DNA of 64,000 nucleotides from Lama glama (Eukaryota), in NCBI GenBank assembly GCA_028534125.1, contig CM052832.1, positions 20,028,001 to 20,092,000 of the forward strand, given 5' to 3'. Below, one piece after another: positions 53,383-64,000 of the stretch (positions are counted from its first letter, which is position 1; the number at the start of each line of letters is the position of its first letter). The notes beneath the pieces were generated by a model. That model was given only the letters and a program-made list of their open reading frames with translations. It made no database searches and was not told the origin of the DNA. A program made the position numbers and the translations under genes.

Positions 53383-53799
53383 TGTATTAATCAGCTTTTA
53401 CTAGGTTATTCTATAGTAAAAAAAAAAAGAAGAAAGAAGAAAATATAAGTTTATTTTTTTGTGGTAATACAAATCCTGAAAATTCAGTAGCTTACAACAA
53501 CAGTTTATTTCTTGACCACAATATGTCTTCATCATGGGTTAGTTGAGATTCTGCTCCAAAATTCTTGATTCTGAATCCGTAAGTCTCAGCCCCTACCCGG
53601 TTATGTTGGCCTCATGGCAAAAGAAAAGAAAAAAGAAGAACCTGCACAATAGCTCTTAAGACATTTTGTAAAAAGTGATATGTGTCAGGTTCATTCCCAT
53701 TTCACTGGTCAAAGTCCGTCTGACCACCATGTCTCAGGGTATAATTCACTCACAAGAAGGGAAAGCATGTAACAGGGGACAGTAATAAAATCTGACACA
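53383..53799 (-). mobile_element. Old MaLR solo LTR (MLT1I/J-like)
   Basis: tgtattaatcagc...tcagtagcttacaacaacagtttatttctt...catttcactggtcaaag...aatctgacaca. Confidence 0.78.
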
Positions 53800-53989
53800 C
53801 ATCACCTAGTATAGAAGATTAGGATCATTACTTCATGTACACAAAAAGATTTGAAGTCAGTTTTTTTTTCTTGAGGCTGAATCAAAAAAGTGGGCTCCCG
53901 TAAGGGTGCTGCTGGTAATATTTAGCTCATTATTAGTAAGTGATGTTTGTTTACTCTTTGTTGAGCTAGTGCATTCCATTTACTCTCAG

Positions 53990-54150
53990 TACTAGAAAAT
54001 TATATCCCTATTTTTTTGGTGAAGACATTGAGACTTAGAGACTTAATTTACAAAGTCAGTTTTCTGAGGAAATAACGAAAATAAACGATAAAGTCTTAGA
54101 TTAAACCCAGTCAGCCTAACTGTACAGGCTATTTTTCTTAATGCATCTGA
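53990..54150 (-). mobile_element. MIR fragment
   Basis: tatccctattttt...ggtgaagacattgagacttagaga...aaacccagtcagcctaact. Confidence 0.6.
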
Positions 54151-54477
54151 ACCTTAGCAGGTTATAAAGCTGAAAAAATAAAGGAATTGAACAAAATAAT
54201 TTCTTTTTGTTGTTGTGGCTGGGGTTTTTTGTGGTTTGGGGGGGTTTTGCACATACATATTATATTATATATAAATACATATAAACAGTATACTGTACTT
54301 TTTTTAGTTTTCATATATGTACTAATTATTGTTTCTAAGAACAGATTATACCTTCAGTTTTTTAAACTTACATAGTTATCAAAGGAATAAAGCCAACCAC
54401 AGAATAGTAATCAACAGAATGCGGTAATCCAATCATAAAGGACAGTCAAATGAGCTTACACATATTTAAGAAATCAA

Positions 54478-55638
54478 AATTAGTTCATTTGTGTCCTTAT
54501 TATTATTGTTATTATTTTTTAGATTCTTCACATAAATGATGTCATATGGCATTTTTCTTTCTCTTTCCAGCCCACTTCACTTTGAATGACAGTCTTCAGG
54601 TCCATCCATATTGCTACAAATGGCATTATTTTGTTCTTTTTTTATGGCTGAGTAGTGTTCCATTGTATATATGTACCACATGTTCTTTATCCAGTCATCT
54701 GTTGGTGGACATTTGGGTTGCTTCCATATCTTGGCCATTGTAAATAGTGCTGTTATGAACATTGGGGTGCATGTGTGTTTTTGAATTTTATTTTTCTCTG
54801 GATATATGCACAGGAATGGGATTGCTGGATCATGTGGTAAGTCTATTTTCAGTTTTTTAAGGAACCTCCATACTGTCCTCCATAGTGGTTGCACCCATCT
54901 ACATTCCCACCAACAGTGTAGGAGCATTCCCTTTTCTCCACACCCTCTCCAGCATCTATCATTTGTAGACTTTTCAATGATGGCCATTATGGCTGGTGTG
55001 AAGTGATATCTCATTGTAGTTTTGATCTGCATTTCTCTGACAATTAGTGATGCTGAGCATTTTTTCATGTGCCTATTGGCCATTTGTTTGTCTTTATTGG
55101 AGAATTGCTTGTTTAGGTCTTCTGCCCTTTTTTTGGATTGGGTTGTTTGTTTCTTTGATATTAAGGTGTATGACCTGTTTGTATACTTTGGAAATTATTC
55201 CCTTGTTAGTCACATCATTTGCAAATATTTTCTCCCATTCTGTAAGTTGTCTTTTTGTTTTGTTGATGGTATCCTTAGGTGTGCAAAAACTTTTAAGTTT
55301 AATTAGATCCCATTTGTTTATTTTTGCTTTTAATTCCAATACTCCAGGAGCTGGTTCAAAAAATATATTCCTGTAATATATGTCTGCGAGTGTTCTGCCT
55401 ATGTTTTCCTCTAGGAGTTTTATAGTATCTGGTTTTACATTTAGGTCTTTAATCCATTTTGAGTTTATTTTTGTACATGGTGTTAAGGAATGTTCTAATT
55501 TCAGTCTTTTACAGGTAGCTGTCCAGTTTTCTCAGCACTACTTATTGACGAGACTGTCTTTTCTCCATTATATTTCTTGCCTCCTCTGTCATAGATTAAT
55601 TGACCATATGTGCATGGGTTTATTTCTGGACTTTCTAT
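54478..55638 (-). mobile_element. Young L1 fragment (ORF2 C-terminus and partial 3' UTR), truncated at both ends
   Basis: ORFs 55094 ([14 protein letters not shown]) and 54577 ([18 protein letters not shown]...[11 protein letters not shown]); no tail or TSD seen. Confidence 0.95.
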
Positions 55639-56629
55639 CCAAACAAGATAATTTCTAAGTTATCTTTGGTTCTAAAAATCTACATTACTGTCACATATAA
55701 TACATATTTCCTTTTAAATGAATGAATTTTGAATTTATATGGTAAATATAACAAGTTATGAAAACACAGGCCATCTCTTTTGAATCTGCTTTAATGTCCA
55801 GAAATAAACTTAGTAGGAGCGGGTGAGAAAGCAACATTGATTTACCGAGTCTAGTGCATCTTTCATACACTTCACTCTCAGGCACATTTGTAGGCAAAAA
55901 GAGAAACTCGATCAATCTTTATGGAACAGAATGAGAATATGAATTAATAAATGAATGCATAATGGAATAAATGTCTCTTTCATGTCCCAGATCTGTTTCT
56001 TTAACTCAATAGTTATTGGTGACTTAATCACTACTTAATGACTTCATTATTTTTCTGGTTTAGATGTCTTTATTATATTCAGTTTTCTAGGCCAAACCAA
56101 TACTATTCAACACCAATATATGCATGCTCAGAAAAGAACTGAATTATCAGTTATGAGAGGTTTGCCAAGTACACACAAAATTACTTTTTTCTTATATCCA
56201 AATACATATATACCAATGTACTATATTTATTACCATAAAACACAAAAATATATTGAAGAATTAATAGCCATTAAGAGCAATATCGCCATAGTAATTATTC
56301 TTTATCATTTTCTAGAAAATAACTGAACACTAAGAGGCTGAGAAGTAGGTGTGAAAAAGAGAATCTTTCATGAAAGGTATATCCTAATAGTTGTAATTAT
56401 TGGAAAATGAAGAGTCAGGTGGAAGAAATGTATAAAAGTAAATTAAAATTTTTATCTACAAGGTAAATGGATATAAAACATATAAAAATTAAAGTAATAT
56501 AATTTATTTACTATTTAATATAAATTATATTTTGTATATTGATATATATGTATACCTAATTTTTATGTTGTATGTATTTGGATATGTATTACATAGGTGA
56601 TATGTATTATATAGAGAAAAATATAAAGT

Positions 56630-56930
56630 ATATAGGAACAAATGGAAAATGTAATTAAAGAAATGATATCTATTTATAATAGTATCCAAGGGTAACAAAT
56701 ATTTAGGAATATATAAAGAGTTTTGAAATTGTTCTGTAAATGAAATAATAAAATATATTAAGATATGTTAAAAATATGTTAAAAATAATTGCAGAGATAA
56801 ATCATGTTTAAGAAGAGAACAATATATTAAAAAGTTTGGTCCTTCTGAAAGTCAATGAAATGCAAATCAAGACCAAAATGCAATGCCATTTTATACCAAT
56901 TCAACTGGTAAAAATGAAAAAGTGTGACAA
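56630..56930 (+). mobile_element. Very old L1 ORF2 fragment
   Basis: aaatatttaggaata; atgaaatgcaaatcaagaccaaaatgcaatgccatttt. Confidence 0.7.
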
Positions 56931-57651
56931 GACAACCTACAGCTAAAAGCATACTCAAGAGTGAAAAGCTAAAAGCTTTTCCTTCAGAATCAGGAAAAAG
57001 GCAAAGATGCCCACTCTTGCCAGTTTTATTTACCATAGTATTGGAAGTCATAGCCATAGGAGTCAGAAAAGAAAAAGAAATAAAAGGCATATAAATTGAA
57101 AGGAAAGAAGAAAAATTATCACTATCAGCAGATGACATGATACTATATATAGGAAACCCTAAAGTTTCCCCCAAAAAACTATTAGAATAAGTAAATTCAG
57201 TAAAATTGCAGGATACAAGATTAACAAACAAATCTGTTGCTTTTCTATACACTCTGTCTCAGAAAGAGAAAACAAACAAACAAAATCTCATTTAAAATTG
57301 CATCAAAAATAATAAAGTACCTAGGAATAAATTTAACCAAGGAGGTGAAGACCTATACTCTGAAAACTATAAAATACTGATGAAGGAACTTGAAGATGAT
57401 ACAAAGAAATGAAAAGATATCATGTGCTCATGGATTGGAAGAATTAATATTGTTAAAACTTACATAGTACCCAAAATAAGCTATAGATTTAATGTAATCC
57501 CTATTAAAATGTTCATGACATTTTTCACAGAACTAGAACAAATAATCCTAAAATTTATATGGAACCACAAAAGACCTCAAATTGCCAAAGCAATCTTGAG
57601 AAAAAAGAACAGAGCTAGAGATATCACTCTCCCTGACTTCAGGCTACAGTA
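56931..57651 (+). mobile_element. L1 ORF2 RT region, moderately diverged
   Basis: aggcaaagatgcccactc (RQGCP-like), gcagatgacatgata (ADDM catalytic motif), [11 protein letters not shown]. Confidence 0.95.
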
Positions 57652-58115
57652 TTTTATCAAATATTTAAAGATAAAAATAGCATTAATAAAACCAGAGATA
57701 TTATAAGAAAACTGCAGTTTTTATTTTTAACAAAATTCTTGCAAATGGAATCACAAAGAAAGAGAAATGCAGGGCTGATTTAACATTTGACAATTAATCA
57801 ATATAATTCACCATATGAAGACTCAAAAAGAAAATTCATCTGATCATTACAGTAGATGCAGGAAAAACATTTCACAAAATCTAACATCCATTCCTGATGA
57901 AAAAAATGTTAGAAAACCAGGAGTATAAGGAATTGCTTCAATCTGACAAAGGATATCTAGGAAAAACCCATAGCTAACATCGTACTTAATGGAGAAATAT
58001 TCAGTGCTTTCTCCTTAAGAAAACTAATAACCAAAAATCAAAACTTGAATTTAAAAAACACCATTTAAAATAGCAAAAAAATTAAATACGTAGGAATAAG
58101 TCTGGAAACAAAGCA
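57652..58115 (+). mobile_element. Older, heavily deleted L1 ORF2 RT fragment
   Basis: gtagatgcaggaaaaacattt...aacatccattcctgat...aaaacccatagctaacatcgtacttaatgg. Confidence 0.85.
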
Positions 58116-59208
58116 CATATCTTCTAAGAGGTTCATATCCAAAATATATAAGGAATTCATACAACTCAATAGCAAAAAAAAAAAAAAAAAAACCCAAAAA
58201 CCAAAAAACAAATAATCTGGTTAAAAATGGGCAAAGGACCCAAATAGACATTTTTCCAAAGAAGATATTCAAATGGCCCAGAGGCGCATGAAAAGTTTTC
58301 TCAACATAGCTGATCATCGGGGAAATGCAAACCAAAACCACAAAGAGATACCACACCTGTTAGAATGACCATTATCAAAAAGACAAGAGAGAGCAAATGT
58401 TGGCAAGGATGTAGAGAAAAGAGACCGCTTGTACACTGTTGGTGGGAATATAAATTGGTGCAGCCACTATGGAAAAAAGTATGGAGGGTCCTTAAAAAAT
58501 TAATAGTAGAACTACCATATGATCCAACAGTTCCATTTCTGGATATATATCCAAAGAAATAGTCACCGTCTTGAAGTGATATCTGCTTCCCCATGTTCAC
58601 TGCAGCCTTATTTGCAATAGCTGATACATGGAAACAACTTAAGTGTCCATCGGGGGATGAATGGATAAAGAAAATATAGTATATACATATAATGAAATAC
58701 TATTTGGCCATCAAAAAGAAGGAGTCTCACCATTTGTGACCACATGAATGAATCTTGAGAATACTATGCTAAGTGAAATAAATTAGACAGGAAAAGACAA
58801 ATACTATATGATCTCACATATAGAATCTAAAAAAGAAAACAAACTTACAGAAATATAGAACAGAGTGGTGACTGCCAGAGAAGTTGGGGGCGGGTAAGTA
58901 TGGAGGAAGGTGGTTAAAAATGAAAAACTTCTAGTTATAAGATAAGTAAGTTCTGGGGATGTAATGTTCAGTCTGTTAACTATAGTTAACAATACTGTAT
59001 TGTGCATTTGAAAGTTGCTAATAGAGTAGATCTTAAAGTTCTCATCACAAGAGAAGAAATTATAACTATCTGAGGTGATGAATGTTAACTAAATTTACTA
59101 TGGTAATAATTTTACAACATATACATATATTAAATCATTATTTTGTACACATTAAAGTTACATAGTGCTATATGTCAGTTGCATCTAAATAAAACTTGGG
59201 GGAAAAAA
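58116..59208 (+). mobile_element. L1 ORF2 C-terminus and 3' UTR (L1MA9-like)
   Basis: [18 protein letters not shown]; 3' UTR ttgaaagttgctaatagagtagatcttaaag; ends aataaaacttgggggaaaaaa. Confidence 0.93.
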
Positions 59209-60789
59209 CATGCTTTTTATATTGTTAAAAATAATATAATGATTAGAAAATACCAGGGTGGAATGATTCAATGATGAGATTACATTTTAAACAATGGTTG
59301 TAATGTTTAATCTGGTTCTCTACATGTCTTCCTCAAAGTTAATAAAAATAATAACAATAATAATAATAATTTCCAGAGTCTATTCAAATGTTAAAACCTC
59401 ACAGTAAATTACAGCAACAAATTAAGTTCTACATTGTCTTGGAGTAGAAGACAATTTTTAATTCTGTTTCGAGTTTTGTTCTAGAGAGAAATAATAATGC
59501 ACACAGTTTCCTCAAGGATATGCTTTTAAGTATTTTGGCAGATATACTTTAGGATGTTCTGGAGTTTAATAATGGTCAAGTCTAGCACAAGGAGAATGCC
59601 ACATGAAAAATTGCTTTTTAAGATGGGTTGCAGGATGCTGTATCTCACCTGTGACCTATGCCATTTCTTTGTGCATTCAGGCATGAAACTTAACAATCTA
59701 GTCTGCAAAGGGTGGCTTTTAATGCCCTGACTTTTGGGAAAGGTGAAAAGATATTAGTCTTGTATTGCCTTATTTTTTCTTGTAAAGGGTAAAGTGATGT
59801 GTAGATATGTGATGTTTTTCTGAGGTTTCTGGCAAGTATCACACCTCTGACCATGATCTCAACTGGGGGACTTGAGCCAAATATTCCCCTACTGGTTTTT
59901 CTCCTCTAATATATAGGCTTATAGCAGACCTTAAATCATGGGTTGGTAATATATTTAAAGCTATAACTTTAATATTCCTGAAATGTTCAGTTTTTGCTGG
60001 AAAGATAATGAAATAAACTGACTAATAGCTACAAATTCTTCAAAACAGATGTTGGTGGCAGGCTTTTCTCATTGCACAAATCCAGGCAGAAATTTCACAT
60101 AGAATATAGTCTGGAAGATGGCCCTGGAGTTGTACAACCACTCAGCCCTCAATGGCTAGAGAAAAGCTTCAGATATAACAGAAGTCAGTGTGTAATCTTT
60201 TATGTTGATGACTAAATTTTATTCTCTAGGAGTAAAATCAGTTGGTAGTTATTCAAGAGACTATTACATAGGTTTTCTGATTTTATGAATCTTTATATTT
60301 GACATTTTTAGTAAAATGACTTGGTAAAATAATGTCCTAGTAAGTTTTGAACACATACAAATAATTGGATATCTGTAATTTTCAAAATACTCAAAATCTT
60401 GCACGAGAAATCATGGAAATACATTGCCATTTTGTATCCATTAGTGTTGTCAGTTCTTCCTACCATTTTCCAAATAACAAGTGACTTAAGCTATGTTTCC
60501 AAAATAAGGAAACAAACAAACAAGCAAAACAAAACAAAACAAACCCAGCAGCTGAGAACAGAGCTATGAGATGGGTTCTCAATGCACTCCAACTTTGCTG
60601 CTCCCTCCTTGTATCATGTATCATCCCGTCTATCAGATGGCTTTCTGGCTGGAAGAGTGCCTAGATCTTTAAAAAGTCACAGGAAACTGTTAGTGGAGCA
60701 GATATAGTCCCCTCTGGTTCAACTGGCCCTGTGCCATTCCTGACATTCACCTGCGTATCTAATGTCTAATCATATTTTTCATGATTTTA

Positions 60790-60985
60790 TTGGGTTAAGC
60801 AAGGAAATGCTTGTTTCTATGGGCAGAATGACTATAATGACATGTATAATTTTTGTGGCATCATCTTTATATTGTCTAATTGCCCATCAGAAAAGTTATA
60901 CCCATTTATACTTCATTGGTGGTAAATGAAAAATCAGTTGTCTTCAATCTAACCAGCACTAAACCTCATCCTTTTTGCCACTTCG
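60790..60985 (-). mobile_element. Very old L1 fragment
   Basis: taattgcccatcagaaaagttatacccatttatacttc. Confidence 0.55.
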
Positions 60986-62629
60986 ATTTAATTTATAGAA
61001 AATAAAAACCAGAGAATTAAGTTATTAGGTAGCTTGGTCATGTATCTTCTACTAAAGCTTTCATGAAAAACTCTCTAATTGGCTAGTCTTTGAAGCTGAA
61101 GTTCAGTATTTATATATCAAAGTGTAATGGAAATATTTACCCAGAGTGTTCTAACACTTAGCAGAAATTCTTAGTCTAGGAGATCAAGAATTCAGCTCCT
61201 TTCTCTCTTTGTCAACTTGGCTTCTCTTATCCTTTAACATAATACCTTCTATTTTCCTTAAGAAATAATTTTTAGTATTGAGTGATACTGCATAAGTTAT
61301 ATGCATTATTTATAGAAGTCTAATAACTGACATGTGCTCCACTTACTAATCTGATAGCAACACACAGAGTCCCACAGTGATGAAAACTCATTAGGATATT
61401 GCAGAGAAACTGGTATTAAAATTCAGCAAGTCTAATAAAAATTCATATTGGATTAAACAATGAAAATGAAAATGATATTCAGTAAGAAACTAAACCTTAG
61501 TCTTTAAGCTTCTCAGCATGATTGATAAATTAGAATGATAAATTAGAATGGGTAGGCAAGAAGCTACAGAAAAGAGAGACATTAGATTCCCTTCATACTA
61601 GAATTCTTACTTTAAAAATATTCAATGAAAAATTTATGCACATGTACACAAGCATGTGCACACACATAAACTTTCTCAAAAGTCCAAATATTTTCTATGT
61701 AAGTTTTTTATCTTTTATTTGACAGAACACATATCCATCTCTTTTCAATTCAGTTCTAAGTCTTGGGTAGCTTATATACTTGATAAGCATTTTATATACT
61801 AGATAAGCTTAAATATTTATGTATCTCCATATGATTTATTCTCCCATGTATTTCACATAAATTTTATTCTTGAAATTAATTCCTTTTTTTCCACCTACCT
61901 CTTTTTATCCCCTGTGATTGTATGTTCAGTGTCTAGTTTTAGAAATCAATTCTGTGAATTCTATTTATGAGTGAAATTGCTACATTAGGTGCTAAATATG
62001 ATGGCTTAGAAGTCTCAGAAGTATTAACACTATCAGAAAGTATGGCTTTAATTATATTCCTACTGACCAATCTTTATGTAAGAAAGGCTATATCATATCT
62101 TCTTTGATATAGGACCTTGAAATATTTACTAAACAATTTAGGTGGATAGATAAGAAGCAGTTTAATTCAGAAATACCCCCCAAAATTTCTCACTTCATTG
62201 CTCATATTTCTAAAGGGTTTATCATTGTTAGAATTAAAGCAAGGGTATACATTGCAACTTCTCTGGTTCCTGGGGTACTTAAATATGCCTATAGTATTTG
62301 TCCTGCCCCAGGGTGACTTCATTTCTCAGGCTCCATTTATTGATAGAAATTTGGGGAAAAGATAATTAGACAACTTATAATTATTTAGAGAGCTAGGCAA
62401 TCAGCCCCCAAAGATGAAATATTCTTGGACCGTTGGAGTTTCTTATGTCTCAAGAAGTAATGATTTGTGTCCCACTTCTGGAACAACCAAGAAATCTCCT
62501 ACAGAATCCAAACTACTGCAGATAAGAATTATAAGCCCTAGACAATTTAAAAAAATAGTGATATTAAAAATAAACAACAGAAGACAGATTCTTTCAGGTG
62601 TAAAAATCTGGGGGTAAAATGGATAGCTC

Positions 62630-64000
62630 AGATGATTTTCTTTTTCTAAGGCATTTAGTAAAAGTTAGCAGCACACATAGCAGCTAAAATTTTGATAAAA
62701 AACCTAAGAACTTTGTTCCTTGATAAACCAGAGAACAGAATTTGAGGCAACAAACAGCAGTTAGGGGGATTCAATAAAAGTGAGAACTAGAGAAAGAAAT
62801 CCCTATATACTGTGTATACACTCTGCCCAAATTGGTTTCACTCCTGAACCACACATGCTTCTCATTGCCTCCAGCAAAGGATAAGGAGACAAAACTAAAC
62901 TGAGATTTGAGATACAGAATTTTGGATTGAATTCCTACAAGTTAATTGCCTGCTAAAATAACAAAAATAACAAATTTTGAAACAGAGTTAATAAAACAGA
63001 GTCCTCAACCTCCCCAGCATATCAGTGCACAAAATACAAACCAAAATTATTCTACATATGAAGAACTACAAAGATTTGACCCAGTTTGAATAGAAAAGAC
63101 AATCTAAGTTTGTCCATATGTTACAATTAGCATATCATATTTTTAATTGCAATTGTAAAAATATTAAAGGACATAGTATGCTCACAAATCATGAATAAGT
63201 AAATAGGTAGGAAATAGAAAAGAAATAGAAAATACAAAAAGAACCAAATGATCATTATTTACATGAAAAATACAATATCCAAAATTAAAAAAAAAAACAG
63301 CAAATACTATGGGTAAGAGAAAGCAAATTTGGCGAGAAAAAAATGTTTTAAATAGAACCTCAAGGCAGGGTGCATTAAGGCAGTGGTAGAGTGCATGCTT
63401 AGCATGAAGGAGTTCCTGGGTTCAATCCCCCCAGTGTCTCCAATAAAAGAAAAATTAAAAAGAATCAATAAACTTAATTACCTCCTCCCAAATAAATAAG
63501 TAAAATAAATGAATAAATAAAACAGAGCCTCAAGAATATGTGGAGCTTTATCAAAAGATCTAACATACACATAATTGGAGTCCCAGCAGAAGATAAGAGA
63601 GAGAATCAAGCAGACAACATATCTGAAGAAATGATGTCCAGCATTGTCTTCATTTGGTAAAATACATAAATTTAAAGATAAATAAAATTTTGTAAACATC
63701 AAGCAGGATGAATATGAAGAAAACCATGCCTAAGTCACATCAACGCCAAAACACTAAATGCTAAAGATAGAAAAAAAACCTTGGAAGCAAAGAAAAACAA
63801 CACATTACCTACAGAGGAATAATAACACAGATTTCTTACCAGAAAATATATGAGTGAGGAAGCAATGAACCAACATCTTGAAAGTAACTAAAGAAAAAAG
63901 GAATTCTATATTCAGAAAAATTATCCTTTAAGAAAAAATGTAAAATAAAACCATTTTTAAATAAAGAAAAACTAAGATAATTTATCAGCAGACCAGCACT
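62630..64000 (+). mobile_element. Old L1 5' region/ORF1, running off the window end
   Basis: aaaaagaaccaaatg, tctaacatacacataattggagtcccag, cctaagtcacatca, ataacacagatttcttaccagaaa, tatattcagaaaaattatccttta. Confidence 0.85.
63365..63519 (+). mobile_element. tRNA-derived SINE, camelid Vic-1-like, with TSD
   Basis: cagtggtagagtgcatgcttagcatg...cctgggttcaatcccc, tail motif taattacctcc; TSD aaatagaacctcaag (63350-63364) / aaacagagcctcaag (63520-63534), 13/15 match. Confidence 0.92.

Noticed and set aside
39392..59208. Active autonomous L1
   Set aside because: All copies are truncated and carry stops or frameshifts; there is no intact ORF1 plus ORF2.
1..64000. Non-L1 ORFs of 60-165 aa in the ORF track
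   Set aside because: No recognisable domains. Many start at TTG/GTG, lie in repeats or are antisense to L1, and their lengths are as expected by chance.
7086..64000. Inferring a host gene's strand from L1/LTR orientation bias
   Set aside because: Orientations are mixed and the counts are too small.

Overview
AT-rich, CpG-depleted eutherian mammalian DNA, either intergenic or deep intronic. Two tRNA-derived SINEs resembling the camelid Vic-1 family suggest a camel, alpaca or llama genome. I recognise no host protein-coding gene, functional RNA gene, CpG island or CRISPR array. The only protein-like ORFs are broken LINE-1 remnants. Much of the window is interspersed repeat: L1 (three fairly young minus-strand copies, two with clear target-site duplications, TSDs), L2, MIR, MaLR/ERVL solo LTRs, Tigger and Charlie MITEs, and microsatellites. 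Repeat-poor stretches between them may hold conserved non-coding elements. I found no evidence for a new biological system. The most unusual observations are a perfect 75-bp dispersed duplication of unique sequence (24527-24601 / 25832-25906), a four-element nested insertion stack (10125-11970), and a mosaic L1 in which an older fragment sits inside a younger one (56630-59208). Repeat family names come from my recollection of consensus sequences, not from a search. Subfamily calls, and boundaries without a TSD, are approximate.
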